This document shows, in pieces, positions 20,361 to 30,531 of a stretch of 64,000 nucleotides of DNA. Position 1 is the first letter of the stretch. Each line of letters starts with the position of its first letter. The translations under genes were made by a program, and so were the position numbers. The stretch covers positions 960,001 to 1,024,000 of the forward strand of contig CAWJCS010000005.1 of the NCBI GenBank assembly GCA_963841435.1, given 5' to 3'. The notes beneath the pieces were generated by a model. The model saw only the letters and a program-made list of their open reading frames with translations, had not been told where the DNA came from and made no database searches. Source of the stretch: an uncultured delta proteobacterium. Its GTDB lineage: Bacteria; Myxococcota_A; Polyangia; Polyangiales; Polyangiaceae.

Positions 20361-21386
20361 ATGCTGCCCCTCAACGACCCGCGCGAGGCCCGCGCCCCAG
20401 CCTTGCTCGCGCCCCTGGCGCGCACGCTCAACGACCCGCGTGACGTCTACGTGCTGTGGCAAATGGTGAAGTGCCTGGGCCTGATGGCCGTGGGCATCGC
20501 GCTCTTCTTCGTGCCCGTTTCGTACCTCTGGTACGCGGCGCCGCTCTACTACGCGCTCCTGTTCGGCGCGTTCATGGATCGCTTCACGCTGATGCTTCAT
20601 TTCACGTCGCATCGGCCGCTGTTCGCGAGCGATTACAAGGGCTTCAATCGCGTCATCCCCTGGGTGATCGGGCCGTTTTTCGGACAAACGCCCAATTCCT
20701 ACTTCGTGCATCACATGGGCATGCACCATCGCGAGGAGAACCTCGCGGCCGATCTCAGCTCTACCATGCGCTTTCAGCGCAATCGGCTCGACCACTGGGT
20801 GCGCTACTGGCTTCGCTTCCTGTTCTTCGGGCTGCCCGAGCTCAGCCTCTACATGCTTAAAAAGAAGCGCTACAAGCTGCTCGCCCGCTTGTTCGTCGGC
20901 GAGGGAACGTACCTCGCCGTCGTGGCCCTCGGCCTCGTTTATCGACCCGCGCCGACGCTCGTCGTGCTCGTCGCGCCGATGCTCGCGATTCGCACGCTCA
21001 TGATGATGGGCAATTGGGCGCAGCACGCGTTCATTTGCCCGGAAAACCCGGCTGACCCCTACCGCGCCAGCATCACCTCCGTGAACACGCGCTACAACCG
21101 GCGCTGCTTCAACGACGGCTATCACATCCTGCACCACGTCAATCCGCGCTGCCACTGGACGGAGCATCCGTCGGAGTTCGAAAAGGCCCTGCCCGAATGT
21201 GCCGCGCACGACGCGCTGGTGTTCGACGGGCTCGACTACTTCCAGATCTGGCTGAGGCTCATGCTGGGGCGCTGGGGGGCGCTCGCCGATCGTGTGGTGC
21301 AGCTCGACGGGGCGCCGCGCCGCACGCGCGACGAAGTGATCGCGCTGCTCAAGACCCGCGTGGCACGGTTTCCCCGCGCGGCCTGA
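20361..21386 (+). CDS. Membrane fatty acid desaturase family protein
   Basis: Three His boxes: HFTSH, HHMGMHH, YHILHH; several TM segments. Confidence 0.85.
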   Translation: MLPLNDPREARAPALLAPLARTLNDPRDVYVLWQMVKCLGLMAVGIALFFVPVSYLWYAAPLYYALLFGAFMDRFTLMLHFTSHRPLFASDYKGFNRVIPWVIGPFFGQTPNSYFVHHMGMHHREENLAADLSSTMRFQRNRLDHWVRYWLRFLFFGLPELSLYMLKKKRYKLLARLFVGEGTYLAVVALGLVYRPAPTLVVLVAPMLAIRTLMMMGNWAQHAFICPENPADPYRASITSVNTRYNRRCFNDGYHILHHVNPRCHWTEHPSEFEKALPECAAHDALVFDGLDYFQIWLRLMLGRWGALADRVVQLDGAPRRTRDEVIALLKTRVARFPRAA

Positions 21387-21397
21387 GCCCGCCTCCG

Positions 21398-21796
21398 CTA
21401 CTCATGCGGCTTTCGCCCGAGCAGCTTGCTCGTGAGATGGTCGCCGAGCTGCTGGGTCATCAAGCGCTCGACGGCGGACTCCTTCTCGCGCCGCTCGTGA
21501 GCGTCGTACTGAAACTCGATGCCCATGCCCGCGGGATTGCCGCGCGTGGCCTCGCTGGCAGGTGTCACCCAAATCACCTTGCCGCGTAGGCGCAACGGCT
21601 CCGGCATACCGGGCACGCCGAGCGCGAACACGAACTCCGTTCCGACCGGCAACGGCTTCTCGGTGGCGATGAAGGAGCCGCCCCGCGAAATGTTCTTCGT
21701 GTAATCGGCGAAGAACGTGTTGAGCCGCTTGTATTCGACCTTGAGCTCGATGGGTGCTCGGGACCCCCGACGCCGCTCGTCGTCCTGATCGCTCAT
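21398..21796 (-). CDS. PilZ-domain protein (myxobacterial TIGR02266 type)
   Basis: ERRRGSR (RxxxR) and NISRGG (D/NxSxxG) motifs, GMGIEF; the upstream extension of the listed ORF is antisense to dnaJ. Confidence 0.88.
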   Translation of the reverse strand: MSDQDDERRRGSRAPIELKVEYKRLNTFFADYTKNISRGGSFIATEKPLPVGTEFVFALGVPGMPEPLRLRGKVIWVTPASEATRGNPAGMGIEFQYDAHERREKESAVERLMTQQLGDHLTSKLLGRKPHE

Positions 21797-21844
21797 TCGA
21801 CGGCCGACGTTATCACGCTCGCTCGCCCGTGCTATCAAAAGCCG

Positions 21845-22921
21845 GTGCGCGATCCCTACGAGATTCTGGGCGTCGGGCGCGGCGCCACGGAGATCGAGAT
21901 CAAGACCGCTTTTCGGCGGCTTGCCGTGCAGCACCACCCCGACCGAAACCCGGATGATCCCGCGGCACCCGACCGCTTCAAGGAGATCAACGCCGCACAC
22001 CAGATCTTGAGCGACCCCGACAAGCGCGCCGCCTACGATCGCTTCGGGGAAGCGGCGTTCCGGCCAGGCGGCGCTGCACACGTGGATTTCGGGGGCATCG
22101 ACGGGCTTTTCGAGGACATCCTCGGCGCGTTCGGCTTGCGCGGCGCCGACCGCGGCACCGTGAAGAAGATGCTCGAGATCTCCTTCGAGGAGTCGGCGCG
22201 CGGCGCCAAGAAGGAAATCCGCTTCGAACGGCTCGAGACATGCGACGAATGCCGCGGGCGCGGTGCCGCGAAGGGCGCCCGCGTCGAGACGTGCTCGGCG
22301 TGCGGCGGGCGCGGTCGCGTTCGCTATCAGCAGGCGTTCTTGCCCATCGGTGTCGAACGGCCGTGCTCGCGCTGCCACGGCATCGGCTCGATTCCGAGCG
22401 AGCGCTGTCCGCGCTGCGACGGCGCGGGCGTCACGCGCAAGGAGCACGTCGTCACCGTCGAGATACCGGCGGGCGTCGAGCCCGGCTCGAGCAAGGTGCT
22501 CTCCGGCGAGGGTAACCGGCTGCGGCCCGACAAGACCCCGGGCGATCTCGAGCTCGTGATCGACGTCTCGCCGCATCCTTTCTTCCGCCGCTCCGGTGAC
22601 GACGTCGTTTCCACGGTGCCCATCACGTTCACGCAGGCCGCGCTCGGCGGTGAGCTCGAGGTGCCCACGCTCGACGGCAAGCTCAAGCTCCGGGTGCCGC
22701 CGGCGTCGCAGCCCGGCACCGTCTTGCGCGTTCGCGGCCGCGGCTTCCCGCGGCGCTTGCGACCCGGCAGCGGCGACCAGCTCGTCGAGGTCGTGGTCGA
22801 GGTTCCCGAGCGCTTGTCCGAACGAGCCAAAAGCCTGCTCGAAGAGCTCGGTCACGAGCTCGGCGAGGACGTTCAGCCCCAGCAGCGAAGCTTCCTGGAG
22901 AAGCTCCGCGACCTATTTTGA
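21845..22921 (+). CDS. dnaJ: Class A J-domain co-chaperone DnaJ
   Basis: J domain with HPD, four CxxCxGxG motifs, C-terminal AALGG...VPTLDG. Confidence 0.93.
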   Translation: MRDPYEILGVGRGATEIEIKTAFRRLAVQHHPDRNPDDPAAPDRFKEINAAHQILSDPDKRAAYDRFGEAAFRPGGAAHVDFGGIDGLFEDILGAFGLRGADRGTVKKMLEISFEESARGAKKEIRFERLETCDECRGRGAAKGARVETCSACGGRGRVRYQQAFLPIGVERPCSRCHGIGSIPSERCPRCDGAGVTRKEHVVTVEIPAGVEPGSSKVLSGEGNRLRPDKTPGDLELVIDVSPHPFFRRSGDDVVSTVPITFTQAALGGELEVPTLDGKLKLRVPPASQPGTVLRVRGRGFPRRLRPGSGDQLVEVVVEVPERLSERAKSLLEELGHELGEDVQPQQRSFLEKLRDLF

Positions 22922-22966
22922 TGGTCGGGCTGCGCGCCCGATCGTAAGAATTCGGGCATACCCACC

Positions 22967-23800
22967 ATGAAAGATCGTCGAATCGGCTTTTTGGGGGCCG
23001 GCAACATGGCGGGCGCGCTCGTGCGTGGCCTCCTCGCGTCGGGTCTCGTTTCCGCCGACGCCGTGCGCGCGAGCGACGTGAACGCCGAGCGGCTCGCGGC
23101 GTTTGCGAAGGAGCACGGCGTGCACACCGAGCGCGACAACCAGGCGCTCGCACGCTGGGCCAATCTGATCGTCGTCGCCGTGAAACCCGAGGTCGTCGAG
23201 GCCGCGCTCGGGGACATCGCGCCGGCAGTCGCGCCCGGAACGCTCGTCATCGCGATCGCGGCCGGGGTACCGCTTGCCGAGGTGGAAGGCCGGCTGCCCG
23301 CCACGGTGCGCGTCGTGCGTGCCATGCCGAACACGCCCGCCATCGCGCGCGCCGGGGCGACGGCGGTCGCGGGGGGCACTCGCTCGACTGCCGACGATCT
23401 GGCGACGGCGCGGCTGCTGTTCGAGGCCGTGGGCCGCGTCGTCTCCGTCAACGAGTCCCTGATGAACGCAGTCACGGGACTCTCGGGCTCGGGACCCGCC
23501 TACGTGCTGCTCGTCATCGAGGCGCTCGCCGACGGCGGGGTCAAAGTGGGGCTCTCGCGAGACGCCGCCCTCTTGCTCGCGACCCAGACCGTGCTGGGCA
23601 CTGCAGAGCTCCTGCTCGAGACTGGCGAGCACCCGGCCCGACTCAGGGACATGGTCACGAGCCCCGGCGGGACCACCATCGCGGGGCTTCACGCCCTCGA
23701 GGCGGGCGGCGTCCGCGCCGCGTTCATCGAGGCCGTCGAGCGCGCGACGGCCCGTGCCCACGAGCTCGGTGCGCGCCTCACCCGGCCGCCCAAGGCCTGA
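22967..23800 (+). CDS. proC: Pyrroline-5-carboxylate reductase
   Basis: IGFLGAGNMA, VRAMPNTP, GLSGSGPAY, VTSPGGTT. Confidence 0.96.
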   Translation: MKDRRIGFLGAGNMAGALVRGLLASGLVSADAVRASDVNAERLAAFAKEHGVHTERDNQALARWANLIVVAVKPEVVEAALGDIAPAVAPGTLVIAIAAGVPLAEVEGRLPATVRVVRAMPNTPAIARAGATAVAGGTRSTADDLATARLLFEAVGRVVSVNESLMNAVTGLSGSGPAYVLLVIEALADGGVKVGLSRDAALLLATQTVLGTAELLLETGEHPARLRDMVTSPGGTTIAGLHALEAGGVRAAFIEAVERATARAHELGARLTRPPKA

Positions 23801-23812
23801 CCCCGGACCCAC

Positions 23813-23867
23813 AAAAAGCGTCCGCGCGGAGGGGCCGGGGGGGGGGACAGCCTCGCTCCGCGCGAAC
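23813..23867 (-). ncRNA. Candidate small RNA: single hairpin with C-rich loop and U-tail
   Basis: GUUCGCGCGGAG pairs with CUCCGCGCGGAC (12 bp); inner GGCUG/CGGCC stem; run of 10 C; ends GCUUUUU; first G is 7 nt downstream of a -10 box. Confidence 0.6.
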
Positions 23868-23873
23868 AATGAG

Positions 23874-23902
23874 AAGTTAGCAGCGGCGTACTCCAATTGC
23901 AA
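23874..23902 (-). promoter_or_regulatory. Sigma70-type promoter with extended -10 for the candidate sRNA
   Basis: TTGCAA (23902-23897), 17 nt spacer ending TGC, TAACTT (23879-23874). Confidence 0.6.
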
Positions 23903-24114
23903 TCACCTTCGAAGGCGGGGCTTCGGCTCGTCGCATCTGATCCCACCTCGTCACCCGTTCACCCCTACTTCCTTTCTACATCACACTCCTTTTCGGTCTT
24001 GGTCGTCCTCGGCCTGCGCCGAAAAACGAGATGTCATGGCATCGGCAACTGGGGAGTGATGCTCCGAACACCGGGCGGCGAGTCCCTCGCGAAGACTCCA
24101 ACCGTTCTACTCCG

Positions 24115-24139
24115 CAAAAGTGGTCCCTTTCTGGGACCA
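24115..24139 (-). terminator. Probable intrinsic terminator of the 24218-27225 gene
   Basis: Minus strand TGGTCCC-AGAAA-GGGACCA followed by CTTTTG, about 80 nt after the stop codon. Confidence 0.55.
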
Positions 24140-24176
24140 ACCCCGTCGTCGCCGCAAGGCTCCGTGACCACGCGCT

Positions 24177-24228
24177 CGCCCGTCGCTGTCGCCCGTCGCT
24201 GTCGTCCGTCGCTGCGGTCAGTCGCTGC
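24177..24228. repeat. 13-bp tandem repeat, 4 degenerate units
   Basis: CGCCCGTCGCTGT, CGCCCGTCGCTGT, CGTCCGTCGCTGC, GGTCAGTCGCTGC; the last unit contains the stop codon of the minus-strand gene. Confidence 0.75.
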
Positions 24229-27225
24229 AGCGATAGCCCCAGCGGCTGCCGTCCGGCAGGTCGAGGACGAGCGGCACCGTCGCCTGGGGCTCCGACCCCT
24301 CGCCTGATCCTTTCGCAGCGGATTCATCCGAATCTTCGACGCCGTTGCCTTGCCCCTTCGCGCCGGCGCGTCGCCCGCTCGAGGACGAATCGAGCTCCCG
24401 CGGGGGACCGATCGGAGCCGCAATGGCATCCGTACACACTCGACCTCGGGAGACGACGAGCCTGACCTCGGAGCCGTTGCCGACCCGGGTGCGCTCCCCC
24501 GAGAGGTCGAAGCTCGGCTCGAGCGTGAGCGCGTCACCGACGACGTAGCCGTCCTCGCCGGATGAGCACCCTTCCGGCATGCGCGACAGCGTGTCGGCGC
24601 CGACGACGATGGGCTCATCGACGAGGCCCGTGCTCGCGTCGAGCGGATAGAGGTAGTGGTGCCCAGCGTGCACCCAGAGCCCGAGCGCTTCGCCATGCAG
24701 GGACGGCGCCAAGATCGGGGCCTGCGCCCGGGCCGTCACGTCCGGCAGCTCGCGGATGAGCGCAAGACCGCCGGCTTCGACGCGATAGACGCGGAATGCG
24801 TGGTTTTCCGCGAGGGCGCCCAGGTAAACGCGACTTTTCGCGGTGGCAAAACCGGTGATCACGCCGAGAGCACCGCTCGTCGCGAGCCGGACGATGCTTC
24901 GGCCCTCCTCGAGCAGGAAGAGGTCCATGGAGCCGCGGAGCGTGACGATGAGCAGGGCCACGTGCCGCACGGGGTCGGTCAGCATGCGGAACGTCGAGGG
25001 TGGCCCCGTGGGGGAGCGACCAAAAACGTCTGCTGCTTGCTCGGGCCGCGCCCAGGGCACGGGGGACGGCGCCGTTGACCAGACGCCTCCCTCGATGCGG
25101 TACGGGTCGCGCACGCTCACCGCGAAACGCGCCTGACGCGCCCAGCCGTCGCCCGGCGCGCCCCAGACGTAAGCACGGTAGAGGTGAAGCTCCGCTTCGC
25201 TCCCGACGTCGAAACCGAGATCGGCCCCCGCACGAGCGGGCGCTGCCACCTCGGCGAGCGGGTTCCAGGGGCTCGTCGTGCGCTCCTCGTTTTCGGGCCG
25301 GACCCGTAGCGCCCGTGGGCTCTGCCGCCCGTCGGCGCGACACTCGAGCGACCAGCGTCCGCCCCCGGGCGAAGTAAAGCGGGTCGGCTCGGGCGCTGCG
25401 ACCGTCGGCAGGCGCTCGGCGTCGCCCCAACCCACGCGAAGCCAGCCGGCGAACGCGCACCCGATGCTGGTGCAACCACTCGAAGTGCCGAACGTGCGCT
25501 CGAGCTTGAGGTCCGGCTCCGACGGCAGCTCGGCGTCGCTCCACTCGAAGCCACCGTCGACGGTTTCACGAGCGCCACCGCCGCGCCCGATCGCGAAGGC
25601 GTAGCGACCCGAAAAGAAGGCTCGGCCGAGCGCCTGTTCCGGCTCCCCGAGCTCGACTTTCCCGTCGAGGCTCACGCGCACACCGACGAAGCTCGCCGCA
25701 CCCGCAATGAAACCGATGAGCTTGCCGTCGGGTCCCTGTTGAAAGGCATCCAGCCAGAAGCCGTGGCTCGCGAGCGCCCGCACGGCCTGCTCGCGGGGCT
25801 TTACCGGCGCGAGCCCCACGGCCGGCGAGCGAGAGCCGGGGCCGACGAACGTGAGCGTGCCCGCGAACCCGGGACGCGACGGCTCGAGCACGGCGAGCCG
25901 CCCGTCGGCGAGCGCGACGACGCGTTCCGTCGCCGAGCCGCGCGCGACCTCGAAAGCGTCACCCTGCGCGGGCAGCACGCAGTAGGCCGGGGCGGCGCGC
26001 GTGTCGCCCTCGCAGCCGCCGCTCACGACGAGCCCACCCCGACCGTTCGGGGCCACGCGCCGCGGCCCGGCGAAGGAAGCGACCGCTCGCAATGCGAGCG
26101 GCGGCTCGAGGGCGAGCACGCGCGTGGTCGAGCCCGGCTCGCCGCACACGAACCCGACCCCCCGACCGAGCGGCACGGCGTCGCAAGCGCTCACACCGGC
26201 GTAGGCGTCGCGCGTTTCGGCGAGGACCTTGCCGTCGGCGAGCCGAACGCGAAAAAGGCTTCCCGAAGCGGCGACGAGCGCCGTCCCGCCGGGCTCGGGC
26301 ATGCCGTGGAGCACTGCCGTTTCGAGCGGGTGCGGCCCCAGCGCCCGGCCGAGGCCCGCGGGCGGGAGGCGCTTGTTCCTGTCGCTGCCGGCGCGGTCGT
26401 CGTTGGCGGGCGGCGGCAAGCCTTCGAGCTCGCCGCTCGGGCCGAGCAGCGCGCGAAAGCCGCCGAGCTCGAGCAGCACGGCACCGTCGACGGGAGACAG
26501 CGTCGCGTGGTCGATGCCGAGTGGGTGCCAGGTCGCCCCCGCGTCGAAGGTCGCCACCACGCCGACGAACGGCAGCTCGACCGCCGCGAGCCATTCGTCG
26601 GCGAACGCCATCGCGCCGTAGCCCGCAGCGGGCGGCAGGCTACCGAGGTCGAGCTCACGACCCGTCTTCGGATCGATGGCGGCCCACGTGGCCGAGCGCC
26701 CGCGCAGCACGTAGATGCGATCGAACCCCGCGACGAGCCGCTCTGCGTCGCCGTCGAAACGTGAAACGGGCCGAAGGGTCGAGGTCCAGGTCGTTGCCGT
26801 GTAGAGCAGCGCCGAGCCGCTCGTGTTGACCACGAAGACGAAGCCCCCCCCGAGCCGGTCGGGGATGCGCGCAGCCGTGATGCCGCGGGTGGCGGGGAGG
26901 TACTCGGTGGCTGCTTCGAGCGACCCGTCGGGACGTTCGACCATCCTGAGCCCCTGCGAGACGAAACGGCGGCTGCCGTCCGAGTCGTAGGAAAGGGCGA
27001 GCAGGTCCGAGCGTTCCGTGGGCGGCAGGACGCGAGCCGGTGACACGAGGGGCGAGTCGACCGACGCGCGTCGGGGAGTTTTCTCGGCAGGCACCGCCGG
27101 CGCGATGGGAGCGGAAGCGGTTTTGCCGCCACCGCAAGCCACGACCATCACGGCGAAGAGCGCGACGAAGGCGCGGGCCGCCGGGGGATCGAACGAAACG
27201 CCGGCGCCACGGGTCCGTGCGCCAT
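24218..27225 (-). CDS. Large (~1000 aa) beta-rich lipoprotein with Asp-box-like motifs; probable 1-nt slip in the signal region
   Basis: Signal/lipobox AFVALFAVMVVAC; ATFDAGATW and ETVDGGFEW Asp-box-like motifs; ATG 27225 follows TGC-TAGGCT by 7 nt but needs one more base in the G5 run at 27183-27187 to be in frame. Confidence 0.7.
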
Positions 27226-27366
27226 GGCGGAAAGCCTAGCAGGGCGCCGAAGGGCAGGGCGACGCTCGAGCGACTGGCGCTCCAAAAAAATGGCGATAGA
27301 TTCCGCCCCCCTTCGCCGCCCGGCCGGATCCGGGTAACGCTGATTGATCCAAGGAGAATTCGTACA

Positions 27367-28365
27367 ATGACCGTCGTTGCCGTCGTGGGAGCCACTGGAG
27401 CCGTGGGCCGCGAGATGCTCCGGACGCTCGAGCGTCGGAGCTTTCCCGCCGAGCGCGTCCTCGCACTCGCGTCGGAGCGCTCGCGCGGCAAGAAGCTACC
27501 GTTTTACGGCAAGGAGCTGACGGTCGAAATGCTCGAGCCGAGCTCGTTTCGCGGCGTCGACATCGCCCTCTTCAGCGCGGGGGCGGGCACGTCGCGAGAG
27601 TTTGCGCCCATCGCGGCCGAGGCCGGCTGCGTCGTCATCGACAATTCGAGCGCCTGGCGCATGGATCCCGACGTGCCGCTCGTGGTTCCGGAGGTCAACC
27701 CCGGCGCGATCGCCGAGCGCAAGAAGGGCATCATCGCGAACCCCAACTGCAGCACCATTCAGATGGTCGTCGCGCTCAAGCCCCTGCATGACGTCGCGCG
27801 CATCAAGCACATCGTGGTCTCGACGTACCAGGCGACGAGCGGCAAGGGGCACGCAGCCGCCGAGGAGCTTCGCGCGCAGATCCGCGACGTGGCGAGCGGC
27901 AAGCTGCCCACCCCGCAGGTCTTCCCCGCGCCCATCGCGCTCAACGTGATCTCCGACTGGAAGGCGGGCAAGGACGGCTACTCCGAGGAGGAGCTCAAAA
28001 TGGTCAACGAGACCCGCAAGATCATGGGCGACGCCAGCATCGGCGTCTCGCCGACCTGCGTGCGCGTCCCGGTGATCACGGGCCATTCCGAGTCCGTGCA
28101 CGTCCAGTTCCACGAGCCGCTCTCCGCGGCGCGCGCCAGGGAGCTGCTCCGGGTCGCTCCGGGCGTGGAGCTCGTCGACGGGGACTACCGCCCGGGCGGA
28201 GAGCCCCAGCCGCTTCGCGCCGCCGACACCGACCCGGTCTACGTCGGACGGGTGCGCGACGACCTCGCCGTGCCCGGCAGCCTCAACCTTTGGATCGTGG
28301 CCGACAACCTGCGCAAGGGTGCTGCCCTGAACGCGGTACAGATCGCCGAGCTTCTGCTCGGCTGA
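27367..28365 (+). CDS. asd: Aspartate-semialdehyde dehydrogenase
   Basis: VAVVGATGAVG, VIDNSSAWRM, IIANPNCSTIQ, CVRVPV..GHSE, DNLRKGAALNAVQIAE; AAGGAG RBS. Confidence 0.97.
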   Translation: MTVVAVVGATGAVGREMLRTLERRSFPAERVLALASERSRGKKLPFYGKELTVEMLEPSSFRGVDIALFSAGAGTSREFAPIAAEAGCVVIDNSSAWRMDPDVPLVVPEVNPGAIAERKKGIIANPNCSTIQMVVALKPLHDVARIKHIVVSTYQATSGKGHAAAEELRAQIRDVASGKLPTPQVFPAPIALNVISDWKAGKDGYSEEELKMVNETRKIMGDASIGVSPTCVRVPVITGHSESVHVQFHEPLSAARARELLRVAPGVELVDGDYRPGGEPQPLRAADTDPVYVGRVRDDLAVPGSLNLWIVADNLRKGAALNAVQIAELLLG

Positions 28366-28411
28366 CGCGCACGCGGGACGCCGGGCGAAAAAGACGGTAG
28401 CTTCCCTTACC

Positions 28412-29404
28412 GTGAGCTCGCGCCGTCCCACCTCGCCCGGAGCCGAGGAGCTGCTCGGTCGTTACTTTCCCGTGCTCGACCACGGCTTCGTGGCGCTCGT
28501 CGATTACATGGGAACCGACGAGTGCATCGAGCGGGCGGCGCGCGTGAGCTACGGCTACGGCACGCGCAAGACCAGCCAGACGCGCGGGCTCATCCGCTAC
28601 CTCAGGCGCCATTTGCACACGACGCCGAGCGAGATGGTGGAGCTGAAGTTCCACGCCTGCATGCCCATGTTCGTCGCGCGGCAGTGGATCCGTCACCGCG
28701 CCGCGAGCGTCAACGAGTACAGCGGGCGCTACTCGCTGATGCCCATGCTGTTTTACACGCCGAGCCCCGAGCAGCTCCAGACGCAGAGTCGCTCGAACAA
28801 TCAGGGTCGCAGCGGTACGCACGTGTCGGACGCAACCTACGCGGAGACGCTGAGACGCTGGCAGGCGATCCGCAACGAGAGCCGCTCGGCCTACGAATGG
28901 CTCACCGGTGAGGACGTCGCGCGGGAGCTTGCGCGCATCGATCTCCCGCTGTCGACGTACACGCAGTGGTACTGGAAGATCGATCTTCACAACCTCTTGC
29001 ACTTTCTCAAGCTGCGCGTCGATGAGCACGCGCAGTGGGAGATCCAGGAGTACGGGCGCGTGATGGCCGGCATGCTCAAGCGCGTGGCGCCGCTCAGCTA
29101 CGAGGCCTGGATCGACTACGACGTGTGCGGAGCACGGCTCTCGCGCATGGAGCTCGATGTGCTCCGGCGGCTCGTCGCCGTGGAGCGCGAGCGCCTGCGC
29201 GCGAAGGACGGCACCTCGGTCGAAGGCGAGGACTTCGAGGCGCTGGGGCTCGCCAAGCGCGAGGCGCGCGAGCTCATCGAGAAGCTCGGTGCGATCGCAC
29301 GGCCCGACTTCGAGCTCGACCTCTCGAGCGCCCGCTCGCCCGAGGAGTTCGCCGCCCGCTTCGCGCAAGCGGTACCGAAGGTCAACAAGCCGCCCCCCGA
29401 GTAG
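28412..29404 (+). CDS. thyX: FAD-dependent thymidylate synthase
   Basis: [29 protein letters not shown] (ThyX motif), [15 protein letters not shown]. Confidence 0.95.
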   Translation: MSSRRPTSPGAEELLGRYFPVLDHGFVALVDYMGTDECIERAARVSYGYGTRKTSQTRGLIRYLRRHLHTTPSEMVELKFHACMPMFVARQWIRHRAASVNEYSGRYSLMPMLFYTPSPEQLQTQSRSNNQGRSGTHVSDATYAETLRRWQAIRNESRSAYEWLTGEDVARELARIDLPLSTYTQWYWKIDLHNLLHFLKLRVDEHAQWEIQEYGRVMAGMLKRVAPLSYEAWIDYDVCGARLSRMELDVLRRLVAVERERLRAKDGTSVEGEDFEALGLAKREARELIEKLGAIARPDFELDLSSARSPEEFAARFAQAVPKVNKPPPE

Positions 29405-29436
29405 CGGGCGGCGGGCCGAGCACTATACTCCTCGGC

Positions 29437-30414
29437 GTGACGAACCCCCTTTTGGTGCTCGGCTCGAACGGGAGCAGGGAGAACGCTCTCGCGGCGCTCG
29501 ATCTCGACGAGGAAATCCGGCGCTTCAAGCGGGAAAAGAACGCGATCCTGCTCGCCCACTACTATCAAGAGAGCGAGATTCAGGATCTCGCCGACGTGAT
29601 CGGCGACTCGCTGGAGCTTTCGCGCGCCGCCGCGCGCACGAAGGCCGACGTGATCCTGTTCGCGGGGGTCGAGTTCATGGCCGAGACCGCCAAGATCCTG
29701 AACCCCGACCGCATCGTGCTCGTCCCCGACAAGAAGGCGGGTTGCTCGCTCGCCGACGGTTGCCCGGTCGAGCCGTTCGTCGCCTGGAAGCAGGCGCACC
29801 CCGGCGCCGTGACGGTGAGCTACATCAATTGCTCCGCCGCCGTGAAGGCGGAGAGCGACTGGATCTGCACGTCGAGCAACGCCGAGAAGGTCGTGCGCGC
29901 CATCCCGGAGGACAAGACCATCCTCTTTGCCCCCGACAAGAATCTCGGCCGCTACCTGATTAAGAAGACGGGGCGGGACATGCTGCTCTGGCCGGGAAGC
30001 TGCATCGTGCACGAAACGTTCAGCCTGAAGAAGCTCCACCTCTTACAGCGCGAGCACCCCGACGCGGAAGTCATCGCGCACCCCGAGTGCGAGGAGGAGC
30101 TGCTCGATCGCGCGTCGTTCGTGGGCTCGACGTCGGCGCTCTTGCGTCACGTCGAGAGCGGCACGGCGAGCGCGTACATCGTGCTCACCGAAGCCGGTAT
30201 CTTGCATCAGATGCAGAAGCGAGCGCCCGGCAAACGCCTGATTCCGGGCCCGCCCATCGCGAGCTGTGCCTGCAACGAGTGCCCGTTCATGCGCCTCAAC
30301 ACGCCCGAGAAGGTGTACCTGGCCCTGCGCGACCTCGAGCCGCGCGTCGAGCTCGACGAAGCGCTCAGGCTGCGCGCCCGCATCCCGATCGACCGCATGC
30401 TATCGCTCGCGTGA
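29437..30414 (+). CDS. nadA: Quinolinate synthase
   Basis: [53 protein letters not shown]. Confidence 0.96.
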   Translation: MTNPLLVLGSNGSRENALAALDLDEEIRRFKREKNAILLAHYYQESEIQDLADVIGDSLELSRAAARTKADVILFAGVEFMAETAKILNPDRIVLVPDKKAGCSLADGCPVEPFVAWKQAHPGAVTVSYINCSAAVKAESDWICTSSNAEKVVRAIPEDKTILFAPDKNLGRYLIKKTGRDMLLWPGSCIVHETFSLKKLHLLQREHPDAEVIAHPECEEELLDRASFVGSTSALLRHVESGTASAYIVLTEAGILHQMQKRAPGKRLIPGPPIASCACNECPFMRLNTPEKVYLALRDLEPRVELDEALRLRARIPIDRMLSLA

Positions 30415-30531
30415 CGCCATGGCGGACCCCGAAAGCTCGCACGTCGATCACTTTCGCGCGCTCGCGCCGGTTCCCCGTTTGGCGCTGCAATTTGCCGACG
30501 AGCCCTGTCGGCGGACGGGTCTGCTCGGGTA

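Noticed and set aside
21797-22855. 485-aa version of the PilZ ORF
   Set aside because: The extension is antisense to dnaJ; the real start is ATG 21796, just after an extended -10 box
23820-23867. Hairpin as simply the proC terminator
   Set aside because: The U-tract exists only on the minus strand and a promoter sits at the right distance there; a secondary termination role is not excluded
23689-24696. Small ORFs listed in the proC-lipoprotein intergenic region
   Set aside because: Atypical composition, they overlap each other and the flanking genes, and promoter, hairpin and terminator explain the region better
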